Notes under the pieces: generated by a model
The model's database searches: none
The model's input: only the letters and a program-made list of their open reading frames with translations
Told to the model about the DNA's origin: nothing
Assembly: GCA_963719515.1 (NCBI GenBank)
Contig: CAVRCJ010000010.1
Location: 768,001 to 832,000, forward strand
From: an uncultured cyanobacterium
Lineage (GTDB): Bacteria; Cyanobacteriota; Cyanobacteriia; CAKZMO01
Reading direction: 5' to 3'
DNA: 64,000 bases
Shown: piece after piece, positions 27,772 to 37,983 of the stretch
Numbering within the stretch: position 1 is the stretch's first letter
Layout: the number at the start of each line of letters is the position of its first letter
Position numbers and translations under genes: made by a program

Positions 27772-28601
27772 GAGTTCCGACCAAACGCAACAACTTTTTC
27801 CAACACGGCAAAGAGGGTGTCTAAAATCAGTCCAACTAGACCAATGATGAAGATTGCCACCAGAATATTGGGGACAGAGAGGTTGTTCCACTCGTTCCAA
27901 ATAAAGTAGCCTAACCCCGTACCCAGAAGCATTTCCGCCGCCACAATCACCAGCCAGGCAATGCCCATGCTGATGCGCAGGCCCGACACGATACTGGGCA
28001 GGGCAGCCGGGATAATTACCTTGAAGATAGTGCGCAGGCGAGAGGCTCCTAAGGTGTTGGCGACATCTAGGTAGTCCTTGTCCACATTGGCCACGCCGAA
28101 GGCGGTGTTGATCAAAGTGGGCCAAATACTAGAGATGAAGATGATAAATACCCCGGTTTGCTCTGAGTCCCGCAGGATGTACAGACCTAACGGGAGCCAC
28201 GCCAGGGGAGAAACCGGCTTCAGCAGCTGGATATAGGGGTTGAACCCTTTCCGGGCAACGGGGGACATGCCGATCAAAATACCGAGGGGAACCGCTACGA
28301 CTGAGGCCAAGATGTAGCCGATCGCCACCCGCCGCAGACTAATCAACAGATTCCAGCCAATGCCCAAGTCGTTGGGACCGTTGTCGAAAAAGGGATGGGT
28401 AATCCACCACCAAAACTCCTTGAGGGTTTCGCTAGCGGTGGGCATCCCCTTGGAGAACCAGCCTGAGCGGGCCCCAATCTCCCAAAATCCCAAGAAGAGG
28501 ACCAGCGATAGGACGAATAGCCCAGCGGCCTTAACGTTTTCGTTGAGCCAGGGAGACTCGCCCTTTTCTTTGGTTAGCGGCGCTGCGCTTGTGACTGCCA
28601 T
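27768..28601 (-). CDS. cynB: Cyanate ABC transporter permease (NrtB-like)
   Basis: PFFDNGPNDLGIGW, LKPVSPLAW and WLVIVAAEML; in an operon with cynS. Confidence 0.9.
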   Translation of the reverse strand: MAVTSAAPLTKEKGESPWLNENVKAAGLFVLSLVLFLGFWEIGARSGWFSKGMPTASETLKEFWWWITHPFFDNGPNDLGIGWNLLISLRRVAIGYILASVVAVPLGILIGMSPVARKGFNPYIQLLKPVSPLAWLPLGLYILRDSEQTGVFIIFISSIWPTLINTAFGVANVDKDYLDVANTLGASRLRTIFKVIIPAALPSIVSGLRISMGIAWLVIVAAEMLLGTGLGYFIWNEWNNLSVPNILVAIFIIGLVGLILDTLFAVLEKVVAFGRNS

Positions 28602-28610
28602 ATTGACTCC

Positions 28611-30260
28611 CTACACGCCGTACTCTTCAATTTGCTTATCGACATACTCGCCCGGCGTCTCGGGGTCGAAGGTGTCAAATTTGAGGTCTTCGCTGCGGTA
28701 GATCTCGTCGGGCGGGGTTTGGCCCAGCTCTTCGGCTAGCTCGCGGGCGATGTCCGTCAAGAAGATCTCTTGCCCCACCTCGTCGTAGCCCTTCTCGGGA
28801 ATAATCTCCTCTGACTTGCCGTCCCCCTGCAGGTCCCAGCGGACGAGCTGCGAGGAAATCCAGTTGGCGAAGCTCTGCCAGGGGTAGGGGTCGAAGTCGA
28901 TGCGGTCAGGCACCTCTAAGGTGTTGCCCTGGCCGTCGTCGAAGTTGCCGGTGAGCACCGCTTCTACGACTTCCACAGGCTGGTTCAAAAAGGCCCGCTC
29001 GGAGATCGCCTTGGCAATCTCGGGTCGGTTAGCCGGGTCGCGGGCGTAGCCTGCCGCCTCGATGATGGACTTGTTCAGCGCCCTAAAGGTGTTGGGGTTG
29101 TCGCTGATCCACTGGTCGCTGGCGGCAAAGGCGCAGCAGGGGTGTCCTGGCCACAGTTCCTTGGTAATTAGGTGGATAAAGCCTTCGCCTTCGTACACGG
29201 CTCGCTGGTTGAAGGGGTCGGGCATCAGGTAGGCGTCGATGTCTCCGGCGACCATCTGAGCGATACTGTCCGGCGGCGGCACGGGACGAATCTGCACGTC
29301 CACGTCGGGGTCCAGGCCGCCTGTCGCTAGGTAGTAGCGCAGCAGCAGGTTGTGCATGGAGTAGGGGAAGGGCACGCCCATGACAAAGCCCTTGAAGTCG
29401 GCGGGCCCGTTCACCTTACCCTTGTGGCGGTTGGCGACGGTGATCGCCTGGCCGTTGATGTTTTCGATACTGGCCAGCTTGACGCCAAAGGCGGCAGAAC
29501 CCAGGCCTAGGGTCATGGCGATGGGCATGGGGGCGAGCATATGGTAGGCGTCCAGCTCCCCAGCGATCGCCGAATCTCGCACCGCGCCCCAGCTGGGCAT
29601 CTTCACCACCTCGGCGTTGAAGCCGTACTTTTTGTAGAAGCCCAAAGGCTCAGACATAATGATCGGCGTAGCGCAGGTGATGGGAATAAAGCCAATCCGC
29701 AGGTCGGTTTTCTCTAGATCCCCGGTGGAAACCGGGTCGCCGCCCACCTCCGCCGCCGGGTCTTCGCTACCGCCGCCGCAGCTTGCCAAGCTCACCAGCG
29801 CCGCCCCTACCGCTAGGTTACGCAGAAACTCACGCCGGGTGTGCTGGCCGTTGCGGATGGAGTCGGCAAAGAACAGACCGGCCTGGGGTCCAAAGGAGGC
29901 GGCAAAGGCGTTCTCCAACCCGCCTGCCTGCTTACAGAGGTCTAAAATCAGCTTCTCGCGCTTGGGGCTGCCCCGGCCCACGGTTTTGAGGAACAGCGCC
30001 TTGCGCAGCTCATAGGTGTTGACGGTGTCGGCGGCGCGCAGCTGGTTGTCCTTGTACAGCCCCATCTTCACCAAGTCATCCACCATGTCCACCGGGTCTT
30101 GGGGCATGGTCTGCATGAACTCCCAGTGGTCGCGGGTGAAGTGGGTGCCACCACAGATGACGCACTTGAGCTGCAGGTCGGAAAGCTCACCGCGATCGCA
30201 GTCGAGATTCTCCCACCGCTGCGCTGACTTGGCCGTAAAATCTGTTGCTGTAAAAACCAT
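28611..30260 (-). CDS. cynA: Cyanate ABC transporter substrate-binding protein (NrtA/CmpA family) with a long N-terminal extension
   Basis: GFIPITCATP, ENINGQA, PFPYSMHNLLLRY, PVPPP and HPCC, plus an internal RREFL...LASC signal. Confidence 0.9.
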   Translation of the reverse strand: MVFTATDFTAKSAQRWENLDCDRGELSDLQLKCVICGGTHFTRDHWEFMQTMPQDPVDMVDDLVKMGLYKDNQLRAADTVNTYELRKALFLKTVGRGSPKREKLILDLCKQAGGLENAFAASFGPQAGLFFADSIRNGQHTRREFLRNLAVGAALVSLASCGGGSEDPAAEVGGDPVSTGDLEKTDLRIGFIPITCATPIIMSEPLGFYKKYGFNAEVVKMPSWGAVRDSAIAGELDAYHMLAPMPIAMTLGLGSAAFGVKLASIENINGQAITVANRHKGKVNGPADFKGFVMGVPFPYSMHNLLLRYYLATGGLDPDVDVQIRPVPPPDSIAQMVAGDIDAYLMPDPFNQRAVYEGEGFIHLITKELWPGHPCCAFAASDQWISDNPNTFRALNKSIIEAAGYARDPANRPEIAKAISERAFLNQPVEVVEAVLTGNFDDGQGNTLEVPDRIDFDPYPWQSFANWISSQLVRWDLQGDGKSEEIIPEKGYDEVGQEIFLTDIARELAEELGQTPPDEIYRSEDLKFDTFDPETPGEYVDKQIEEYGV

Positions 30261-30537
30261 AGTTTCTGTTACCTGTAGCAAGTGTCCTGATGCCTGTAGG
30301 ACATCTGCGCGTCCTATCGCCTACGTAATCTAAATGCTCTAAATCTATAAATGTTGGTCTAAGCGGTAGCACCAACGCAATCGGCCCGCTGTGCAAGCCT
30401 GACTCTGCCGATAGCCTTCGAGCTAGTAAGCGTATTGCTCTGTAAGTTACCAAAGATCAGAGAATGCTGCATTGGATCATTTTTAGAATCTGAATGGGAC
30501 TTTCTTTGGCAGTTGTTTTTTCGGGCAAAATCGAGGG

Positions 30538-31341
30538 CTAATTCGTTAACTTTGCTACAGATTCCTGCCGCCACGCCTGGGGAGAGACGCCGTGGAACTT
30601 ACGAAACTGCCGCGTAAAGTATCCAGCGTCGGTGTAGCCCGAGGACTCGGCCACCTGCCGGATGCTCTGGGCCGTCTCAATCAGTAGGCTTCTCGCCTGA
30701 GCCATGCGCCGCTCAATAATCCAGCGCTTCACGGTGCAGCCCGTGTGGGCCTGCACCAGGCTGGTGAGGTAGGCCGGAGAATAGCCTGCGTCCTGGGCCA
30801 CGTCGCTGAGATGGATAGGCTGGCGGTAGTGGCTTTCGATGAAGCGGAACACGGTGGCTAACTTGGGACAGTCTGGGAAAATGGCGCTGGGCTGGGGCGG
30901 CTTAGCTCGTTTGTCATTTCTCTCGGGGCGGCTGGCGATCGCCCCCGGCCCGTGGTAAAAGCGAGAGAGCTCTTCCCGGCGCTTCAGCCGGACGCTGATG
31001 GTGGTCAAGAACTGCTCTATCGTGCAGGGCTTAGTGAGGTAGTCATCGGCCCCCAATTCCATACCCCGCCGCAAATCCGCCATGGTCACCTTGGCGGTCA
31101 AGAAAATCAGCGGAATCGCCGCCGTGGTTGGGGAGCGGCGCAGCGCCGAGAGCACCGAGTAGCCATCGATGTCGGGCATCATAATGTCGCAGACTACCAG
31201 GTCAGGGCGCTGGGATTGGGCGATCGCCACCCCTTCACCGCCGTTGCTGGCCCCTAAAGCCTGAAAGCCCTCAAGCTTTAGGCACTTCAGGAAGATACTG
31301 CGGGTTTGAGCCTCATCTTCGATGACTAAGACTGTCTTCAT
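30538..31341 (-). CDS. Response regulator with a C-terminal AraC HTH
   Basis: Receiver IEDE / CDIMMP / FLTAK / YLTKP; AraC motifs YSPAYL, RMAQAR and GY....YF.RQFRK.HGVSP. Confidence 0.93.
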   Translation of the reverse strand: MKTVLVIEDEAQTRSIFLKCLKLEGFQALGASNGGEGVAIAQSQRPDLVVCDIMMPDIDGYSVLSALRRSPTTAAIPLIFLTAKVTMADLRRGMELGADDYLTKPCTIEQFLTTISVRLKRREELSRFYHGPGAIASRPERNDKRAKPPQPSAIFPDCPKLATVFRFIESHYRQPIHLSDVAQDAGYSPAYLTSLVQAHTGCTVKRWIIERRMAQARSLLIETAQSIRQVAESSGYTDAGYFTRQFRKFHGVSPQAWRQESVAKLTN

Positions 31342-31542
31342 GGGATAGAGAACTGCTGCAAAGTTGGGGGATTGGGATTAGGGATGGGGGCTGAATTGTA
31401 AGCGGGACGATGATAGGCGTTTTGTTTGGTCAAATAGGGACTATCCTGGCGACTTAGCCCTGCCTCTCTACCTTTAGTAGTTGCTAAAGGGTATTTTTGT
31501 GGTGTAGTTCAATACTGTTTCTGTAGTCTATAGGCGCAGCGA

Positions 31543-32748
31543 ATGGCGCACAGCCCAGCCCCATCACAGTCGCCCGACCAAGCCCTAGAACAGCTGCGGC
31601 GGCAGCACCAGCTCATTCTCAACGCCGTTGGGGAAGGGGTCTACGGGTTAGACCTTGAGGGCAACGTCACCTTCGTCAACCCGGCGGCGGCGGCGATGAT
31701 CGACTGGCCGATGGACGAGCTGATTGGCAAGTCCATGCACAAAGTGCTGCACCATTCCCACGACGACAGCACCCCCTACCCCCGAGAGGACTGCCCCATT
31801 TACGCGGCGTTTCAGGACGGCAGTGTACGCCGGGTGACGGACGAAGTGTTTTGGCGCAAGGACGGCACTAGCTTTCCGGTGGAGTATATCAGCACACCGA
31901 TGCACGACGAGGTGGGACAGCTGATTGGCGCGGTGGTCACCTTTCGGGATATCACTCAGCGGCGCTGGGCCGAGCGGGTGCGGCAGCGGGCCAACGAAGA
32001 GCTAGAGCTAAAGGTGAAAGAGCGGACGGCGCGGCTGCAGCAGGCCAACCAAAAGCTGCAAGAGCTGAGCGAGACGCGATCGCGCTTTGTCTCCATGGTG
32101 TGTCACGAGTTTCGCAATCCGCTCAACACGATTGCCCTATCGACCTCTTCCCTGAACCGCTACGACGCCCAGCTCAGCCCCCAGGACAAAGCCGATTACT
32201 TACTCAAGATCAGCGCCAGCGTCGAGCGCATGACCCAGATGATCGACGACATTTTGACCATCGGCAAAATTGAGGCCAACCGCCTGGCGGTCAGCCCGCA
32301 GCCCACAGAGCTAGTTGCATTTTGTCAAACTCTGCTGATGGAGCGAGAATGCCGCCGGCCCGAAAACCCCGTTCAGTTTTCCTGCCGCAGCCGCCAGCTC
32401 GTGGCTTGTGTGGACGAGCGCCTGCTGTGGTCCGTGTTGACCAACCTGATTTCCAACGCCATCCGCTACACGCCGCCCGAAAAGGCGATCGCCCTCAAGC
32501 TAGCCAGGCGGCAGCAGCGGCTGATTATCCAGGTAAAAGACGAGGGCATTGGCATTCCCCTAGGCGATCGCCGCCACCTGTTCGAGCCCTTCCACCGGGG
32601 CCGTAACGTCAGCAATGTTCCCGGAACGGGGTTGGGGCTGAGCATTGTGAAGCAGTTTGTGGATCTGATGCAGGGCACGGTGGAGGTGACGAGCAGGGTA
32701 GGACACAGCACGACGTTTACGGTGCGCTTGCCTGCATTAGGGCGCTAA
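31543..32748 (+). CDS. Soluble PAS-domain sensor histidine kinase
   Basis: PAS (EGVYGLD...FVNPAA...FWRKDG), H-box HEFRNPL, NLISNA, D.GIGI and GTGLGL; no TM segment. Confidence 0.93.
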   Translation: MAHSPAPSQSPDQALEQLRRQHQLILNAVGEGVYGLDLEGNVTFVNPAAAAMIDWPMDELIGKSMHKVLHHSHDDSTPYPREDCPIYAAFQDGSVRRVTDEVFWRKDGTSFPVEYISTPMHDEVGQLIGAVVTFRDITQRRWAERVRQRANEELELKVKERTARLQQANQKLQELSETRSRFVSMVCHEFRNPLNTIALSTSSLNRYDAQLSPQDKADYLLKISASVERMTQMIDDILTIGKIEANRLAVSPQPTELVAFCQTLLMERECRRPENPVQFSCRSRQLVACVDERLLWSVLTNLISNAIRYTPPEKAIALKLARRQQRLIIQVKDEGIGIPLGDRRHLFEPFHRGRNVSNVPGTGLGLSIVKQFVDLMQGTVEVTSRVGHSTTFTVRLPALGR

Positions 32749-32752
32749 CGCC

Positions 32753-32962
32753 CTAGCCTTCAGAGGCCCGGGGCGCAGACTCAAACCCTAGCTCGTTGTG
32801 CATGCCGGTGCAGAAGGGCTGCTTGGTTGAGGCCCCGCAGCGGCAAAGGGCAATGGTCGCCTGATCTGACGGAAAGCTGTTGCCTTCAGCATCAACCAAA
32901 TCGACGTCACCCTTGATGAGGAAGGGGCCATTGTCGCGGACGGTAACGGTTACATCAGCCAT
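32753..32962 (-). CDS. CDGSH-type iron-sulfur protein
   Basis: DNGPF and LCRCGASTKQPFCTGMH (3 Cys, 1 His). Confidence 0.9.
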   Translation of the reverse strand: MADVTVTVRDNGPFLIKGDVDLVDAEGNSFPSDQATIALCRCGASTKQPFCTGMHNELGFESAPRASEG

Positions 32963-33147
32963 CTTGATTCATCTCCTGCTGGAATGTAGTCTGTGGGCTA
33001 TAGCGAACTCATCAATCTTGTATCATCAGCACCTGCTCTGTCTATCAGCAATTTGCCCTTTGATGGACTTGCCCAGAGGTCTGGAAGTCCAGAATCTAGA
33101 GTTCAGCGCCCTGCCAAACACAGGCCATCTTCGAGGTGAGTTAATCC

Positions 33148-33417
33148 ATGAGTTTATTTAAGCAGCGGCCCGCCGCCAGCCCCGAAAAGCTTCGACAGCT
33201 CAAGACTTGGGTCTATGAGGCGTTGGACCTACCCACCGACGTGCCTGTTTCCATCAGCCAGCTGCAGTGCCACGAGCCGGGCTGTCCCCCCATTGAGACC
33301 GTCATCGCCGTAATGAGCCAGCTTCCTCAAACCTACAAAATTCACGCGGCTGTGGAGGCGATCGCCAAATCCGATGTAGAACAGGCGGTGAAGGCGAAGC
33401 CAACCGAAGCGAGCTAA
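33148..33417 (+). CDS. Small hypothetical protein with a CxEPGCPPxET motif
   Basis: 89 aa, GAGG RBS-like sequence upstream, LQCHEPGCPPIETVI. Confidence 0.75.
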   Translation: MSLFKQRPAASPEKLRQLKTWVYEALDLPTDVPVSISQLQCHEPGCPPIETVIAVMSQLPQTYKIHAAVEAIAKSDVEQAVKAKPTEAS

Positions 33418-33925
33418 ATAGAGCGATCGCAGCAGGATCGGCGTATTCTCCCCAGCTACCTGCGACGCAATATCGGGCCCAAGCTTTGGAAAAGTCTCTA
33501 ACACCTGCCCAATAGGCCGCATTGATGGCGCTTGGAGCAGTGGTTTGATGGCGCTTCTGCGTCGCTTCTAGAGACCAAAGGTCCAGGGATCTTTTGCACC
33601 AAGGGCATCCTCTAATCTGGCGGGCGAGCCTAACCGCTGTGTCTCCAGGGCGTCCACAGGATTTTTGATGGCCGCAGCGATCGCCCTACCTTTGGGAGAT
33701 GAAACCCTCACTTAAAGTGCTCAGGTTCCCGAGAGCGGCTGCTCGCCCTACTGTAGTATCCCAGCGGGAAGCAGCTGGCGCCGTCTGTGATGTAGAGCGC
33801 GCCGTCTATCTAGGCCCTACGCGGCGAATGTGCCTCGCAGAATACAGACATTGTGCTCAATGTCCTAGAAATTGATATACGATTATTGACACCTGTCGAC
33901 AGTCACCTCTACAGGTAAGCTGCCT

Positions 33926-36900
33926 ATGAAAATTCTCCACGGCACCTGGATCCCCCAGGCAACTGAAGACTTTGTTCAATCAGGGGCCTTCTACCTATGG
34001 ATTGAGACGGAAGCTAAAAGCCGTCGACGGCGGTCGAGCCGTTACCACCCTCGTCACCTATTTGCGCCCGACCTTGCCTCTGCCCTGACCGAAGAGCTGG
34101 GCTTTAAGCTGCCCTTCAGCCGCAAACCCGCAGATGTCAGCTTCCCCAAGCACTTTTTGCTGCCCACCCACGACGGCCAGCCGCTGCCGTCGCTAGAGAT
34201 GTCGCGCTACCTAGAAGCCGAAAGCCCGGATGCGTTTACCTGGCAGTTCTGGGAGATAGACTGCTACCCTTTGCCAGACATCACCGAAATTGTCAGCGTC
34301 CTCAACGACCTTCACTTCATTACCCTCTACAACCTCGCCGACCTGCAGCTCGGCGCTGACCTGCTGTTTTGGTATCACTACACCCAAGCCGTCAAGCAGG
34401 TCATTTTGCGAGACCAGTACATCCCGTCGTTGAAGTACCGCAGCTTGTCAAAAGCTGCGGAAAGCAAGACGGGCAGCCAGCGCAAATCCACCCGGTCGAA
34501 GATCGCCAAGCGCACCAGCACGCGGGCCCAGTCCACCGCCCGCAGGTCCGGTTCGTTCGAGATCTATCCGGCATGGGATATCGTGGGCGATCGCTACGAA
34601 GCTGATCTCGAAACCTACGCCGACTGTATGCCCCTACTCTGCGCCGCCGCATTCGGCGAACCGCCAGAGACGCCTGGCTTCTACGATCGCCCCACCCTGC
34701 TGCGCCACTTTTCAGAATGCTGGGTCAGCGAGCTGGTGCGCTCTACGCCCCTCCCTCAGACGTACCTCAAAACTCTCGATCACTCTTTAGTGGAAGACTG
34801 CCTCACCCACTCCCCCGAATATTCCCTAGGCGGCTCCAGCAGCGCCCTAGAGCGCTACCAGCAGTGGAGCAGCTGGCGCTCTAGCATCAGTCGCTCTGAA
34901 ACCGCCGCGCCGTTCCACCTCTATTTCCGGCTGGTGGAGCCGGGAGAGCCCGAAGATCCCTGGCTGATTCAGTTCCAGGTGGCCCCCAAACACGACCCCT
35001 CCCTAAGAATTTCCCTGCTGGATTTTTGGCGGCTGGGTCAGGAGCACTCGCAGGCGCTTCGCAAGCAGTTTGGCGATGACTTTGAGCAGCATTTGCTCAT
35101 CAGTCTGGGCTATGCGGCCCGCATTTACCCCAAGTTTTGGGTAGGTCTGGAGACGGACCAGCCCGTGGGCATCTTTGTAGACTTGGATACGGCGTTTGAC
35201 TTCCTTAAGGAGTCGGCCTGGGTTTTAGAAGACGCCGGCTACAAAGTTATCGTGCCCGCCTGGTGGACGCCCAAGGGCAGGCAGCGGGCCAAGGTGCGTC
35301 TCAACGCCAAAGGAACATCCTCAGGCAGCAATAAGGCTAAGAGCTACTTCTCCCTGGAAACCCTGGTGGAATACCAGTACAACCTCTCCATTGGCGACCA
35401 GGCCGTGAGCGAGCAGGAGTGGCAGCAGCTCGTAGGCACCAAATCATCGCTGGTGAAGTTTCGCGGCCAGTGGATGGAGCTGGACCGCGACAAAATGAAG
35501 CAGATGCTGGAGTTTTGGAAGCAGCAGCAGGCGGAGAACCCCCAGATGAGCCTGCTGGAATTTATGAAGCTGACGGCGGACGAGGGCGACGAGCTGGAGG
35601 TAGACTTCGAGCGGGACGGCACCCTGGCGGCCATGATGTCCCAGCTTAACGACAAAAGCCGCCTAGAGCCCACGGACGACCCTGACCAGCTCCAGGGCAC
35701 CCTGCGGGATTATCAAAAGCGGGGCCTGTCCTGGCTCCATTACCTAGAGCGGCTGGGGCTCAACGGCTGCCTGGCGGACGACATGGGCCTGGGCAAGACC
35801 GTGCAGGTGATCGCCCGTCTCATTCAAGAGCGAGAAATGGCCGCCGAGCTAGATCAGCGGGTAGCCCCCACTCTGCTCATTGCCCCCACCTCCGTCGTTG
35901 GCAACTGGTATCACGAGCTGGCCAAGTTCGCGCCGCACCTGAGCGTGGGGGTGCACCACGGGGGCGATCGCATCAAGGAGACAAAGGACTTCAAGGCGAT
36001 GTGCCGCACCCATGACGTGGTGATTACCTCCTTCACCCTGGCCCGTAAAGACGCCACGCTGCTGGAGAAGGTGACCTGGCACCGGGTGGTGCTGGACGAG
36101 GCGCAAAACATCAAAAACCCGAAGACGGCCCAAACCAAGGCCATTCTCAAGCTCAACGCCAACCACCGCCTGGCCCTGACGGGAACCCCGGTAGAAAACC
36201 GTCTGCTGGACCTCTGGTCTATCTTCAACTTTTTGAACCCCGGCTATCTGGGCACCCAAACCCAGTTTCGTAAGCAGTTCGAGGTGCCGATTCAAAAAGA
36301 CAATAACCCCACCCGCTCCGCCACCCTTAAAAAGCTAGTAGAGCCTTTCATTCTGCGGCGGGTGAAGACAGACGAATCGATTATCAAAGACCTGCCGGAC
36401 AAGATGGAGCAAAAGCTGTTTTGCAACCTCACTAAAGAGCAGGCCTCTCTCTACGAAGCGGTGCTCAAGGACGTCACCGAACAGCTCAACAAGGCCGACG
36501 GCATCCAGCGTAAGGGCATCATCTTGGCCACCCTGATGAAGCTCAAGCAAATCTGCAACCACCCCCGCCAGTTTCTCCAGGACGAGAGCGAGTTTACGGG
36601 CGATCGCTCCCACAAGCTCAGCCGCCTGTTGGAGATGCTGGACGAGGTGATTCAGGAGGGGGAAAGTGCCCTGGTATTCAGCCAGTTTCGAGAAATTGGC
36701 GACGCTCTAGAAAGCCACCTGCGCCACAACCACTACAACACCTACTACATTCACGGGGGCACTACCCGCAAAAAACGGGAGCAGATGATTGGCGAATTCC
36801 AAGACCCGGATACCGCCCCCTCTATCTTCGTGCTCTCCCTGAAAGCGGCAGGCGTGGGCATCACCCTCACTAAAGCCAACCACGTGTTCCACTTCGACCG

Positions 36901-37150
36901 CTGGTGGAACCCCGCCGTGGAAGATCAGGCCACCGACCGGGCCTTCCGCATTGGCCAGAAGAAGAACGTTTTTGTCCATAAGTTTGTGGCCATGGGGACG
37001 CTGGAAGAGCGTATTGACCAGATGATCGAGGATAAGAAAAAGCTGGCGGGGGCAATTGTGGGAGCGGATGAGTCCTGGCTGACAGAGCTGGATAATGACT
37101 CTTTTAAGAAACTGATCGCGCTCAACAAAAGCGCTATTTTGGACGAGTAA
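33926..37150 (+). CDS. SNF2-family helicase/ATPase
   Basis: 1074 aa with LRDYQ, LADDMGLGKT, DEAQNIKN, LTGTPVEN, FILRR and WWNPAVEDQATDRAFRIGQ. Confidence 0.95.
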   Translation: MKILHGTWIPQATEDFVQSGAFYLWIETEAKSRRRRSSRYHPRHLFAPDLASALTEELGFKLPFSRKPADVSFPKHFLLPTHDGQPLPSLEMSRYLEAESPDAFTWQFWEIDCYPLPDITEIVSVLNDLHFITLYNLADLQLGADLLFWYHYTQAVKQVILRDQYIPSLKYRSLSKAAESKTGSQRKSTRSKIAKRTSTRAQSTARRSGSFEIYPAWDIVGDRYEADLETYADCMPLLCAAAFGEPPETPGFYDRPTLLRHFSECWVSELVRSTPLPQTYLKTLDHSLVEDCLTHSPEYSLGGSSSALERYQQWSSWRSSISRSETAAPFHLYFRLVEPGEPEDPWLIQFQVAPKHDPSLRISLLDFWRLGQEHSQALRKQFGDDFEQHLLISLGYAARIYPKFWVGLETDQPVGIFVDLDTAFDFLKESAWVLEDAGYKVIVPAWWTPKGRQRAKVRLNAKGTSSGSNKAKSYFSLETLVEYQYNLSIGDQAVSEQEWQQLVGTKSSLVKFRGQWMELDRDKMKQMLEFWKQQQAENPQMSLLEFMKLTADEGDELEVDFERDGTLAAMMSQLNDKSRLEPTDDPDQLQGTLRDYQKRGLSWLHYLERLGLNGCLADDMGLGKTVQVIARLIQEREMAAELDQRVAPTLLIAPTSVVGNWYHELAKFAPHLSVGVHHGGDRIKETKDFKAMCRTHDVVITSFTLARKDATLLEKVTWHRVVLDEAQNIKNPKTAQTKAILKLNANHRLALTGTPVENRLLDLWSIFNFLNPGYLGTQTQFRKQFEVPIQKDNNPTRSATLKKLVEPFILRRVKTDESIIKDLPDKMEQKLFCNLTKEQASLYEAVLKDVTEQLNKADGIQRKGIILATLMKLKQICNHPRQFLQDESEFTGDRSHKLSRLLEMLDEVIQEGESALVFSQFREIGDALESHLRHNHYNTYYIHGGTTRKKREQMIGEFQDPDTAPSIFVLSLKAAGVGITLTKANHVFHFDRWWNPAVEDQATDRAFRIGQKKNVFVHKFVAMGTLEERIDQMIEDKKKLAGAIVGADESWLTELDNDSFKKLIALNKSAILDE

Positions 37151-37152
37151 TT

Positions 37153-37983
37153 ATGGCTCAAAAAACGCGCACCTGGTGGGGACAAGAATTTATGTCGGCC
37201 ATCGAACAGCTCGCCGACTCCGGGCGGCTGAGCCGGGGCCGATCCTATTCAAGCCCCCACCGCATCAAGCACATCGAGATCGATGGCAACTTCATCAACG
37301 CCCATATCAGGGGCAACGCCAACGCATACTTCGGGGTGTACGAAGAGCCGACCTACATCACCACAATAGAGTTTGAGCCCATCAGCCGCGCTAAATGGAC
37401 GGCGGCGATCGCCCTTATGGCCTCTAAAGCGGGCACCATCTCTCGCCTGCTGCTGGGAGAAATTCCCGACAACATCGAGGCGAGCTTCACCACCCTAGAC
37501 CTACACCTGTTGCCTGCCAGCCGCCGGGACTTTAGGACCAGCTGCTCCTGTCCCGACTTCAGCAACCCCTGTAAGCATGTCGCCGGAGTTTTCTACTACA
37601 TCGCCGCTCAGCTGGATCGCGACCCCTTTTTGCTCTTTGAGCTGCGGGGACTGCCTCGGGAAGACCTGAAGACGGAGCTGGCTAAAACGCCGCTGGGACA
37701 GGCGCTGTCCACTAGTGCGCCCGCAGAAGCGCCGCCTGTCCCCAGTGAGCATTACTACACGGCCCCCACAGCCGCACCGCTAGAAGTCAGCCTTAAGTCA
37801 TTCTGGCAGGGAGAAAAGCCGCTACCCCAAACGATTGAGGCCGTGTCGCCGTCGGCAGTGTCGGCTATTTTGGTCAAAAAGCAGGGAGATTTTCCGGCCT
37901 TTTGGCACCGCGACAATTCGTTTGTTGAGGCGATGGAAAGGCTGTACGAATACGTGAAGAGCAAAAATCAGAAGAAGCTTTAG
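37153..37983 (+). CDS. SWIM zinc finger protein (SNF2 partner)
   Basis: TWWGQ, RLSRGRSY, CSCPD..NPCKH and DPFLLFELRG; starts 2 nt after the SNF2 stop. Confidence 0.92.
   Translation: MAQKTRTWWGQEFMSAIEQLADSGRLSRGRSYSSPHRIKHIEIDGNFINAHIRGNANAYFGVYEEPTYITTIEFEPISRAKWTAAIALMASKAGTISRLLLGEIPDNIEASFTTLDLHLLPASRRDFRTSCSCPDFSNPCKHVAGVFYYIAAQLDRDPFLLFELRGLPREDLKTELAKTPLGQALSTSAPAEAPPVPSEHYYTAPTAAPLEVSLKSFWQGEKPLPQTIEAVSPSAVSAILVKKQGDFPAFWHRDNSFVEAMERLYEYVKSKNQKKL

Noticed and set aside
30261..30537. NtcA box for cynA
   Set aside because: Every GTA checked lacks TAC at N8; only near matches such as GTA-N8-TAA occur.
33418..33925. Gene or pseudogene in the 500-bp gap before SNF2
   Set aside because: Short minus-strand frames show no recognisable motif; a decayed gene cannot be excluded without a translated search.
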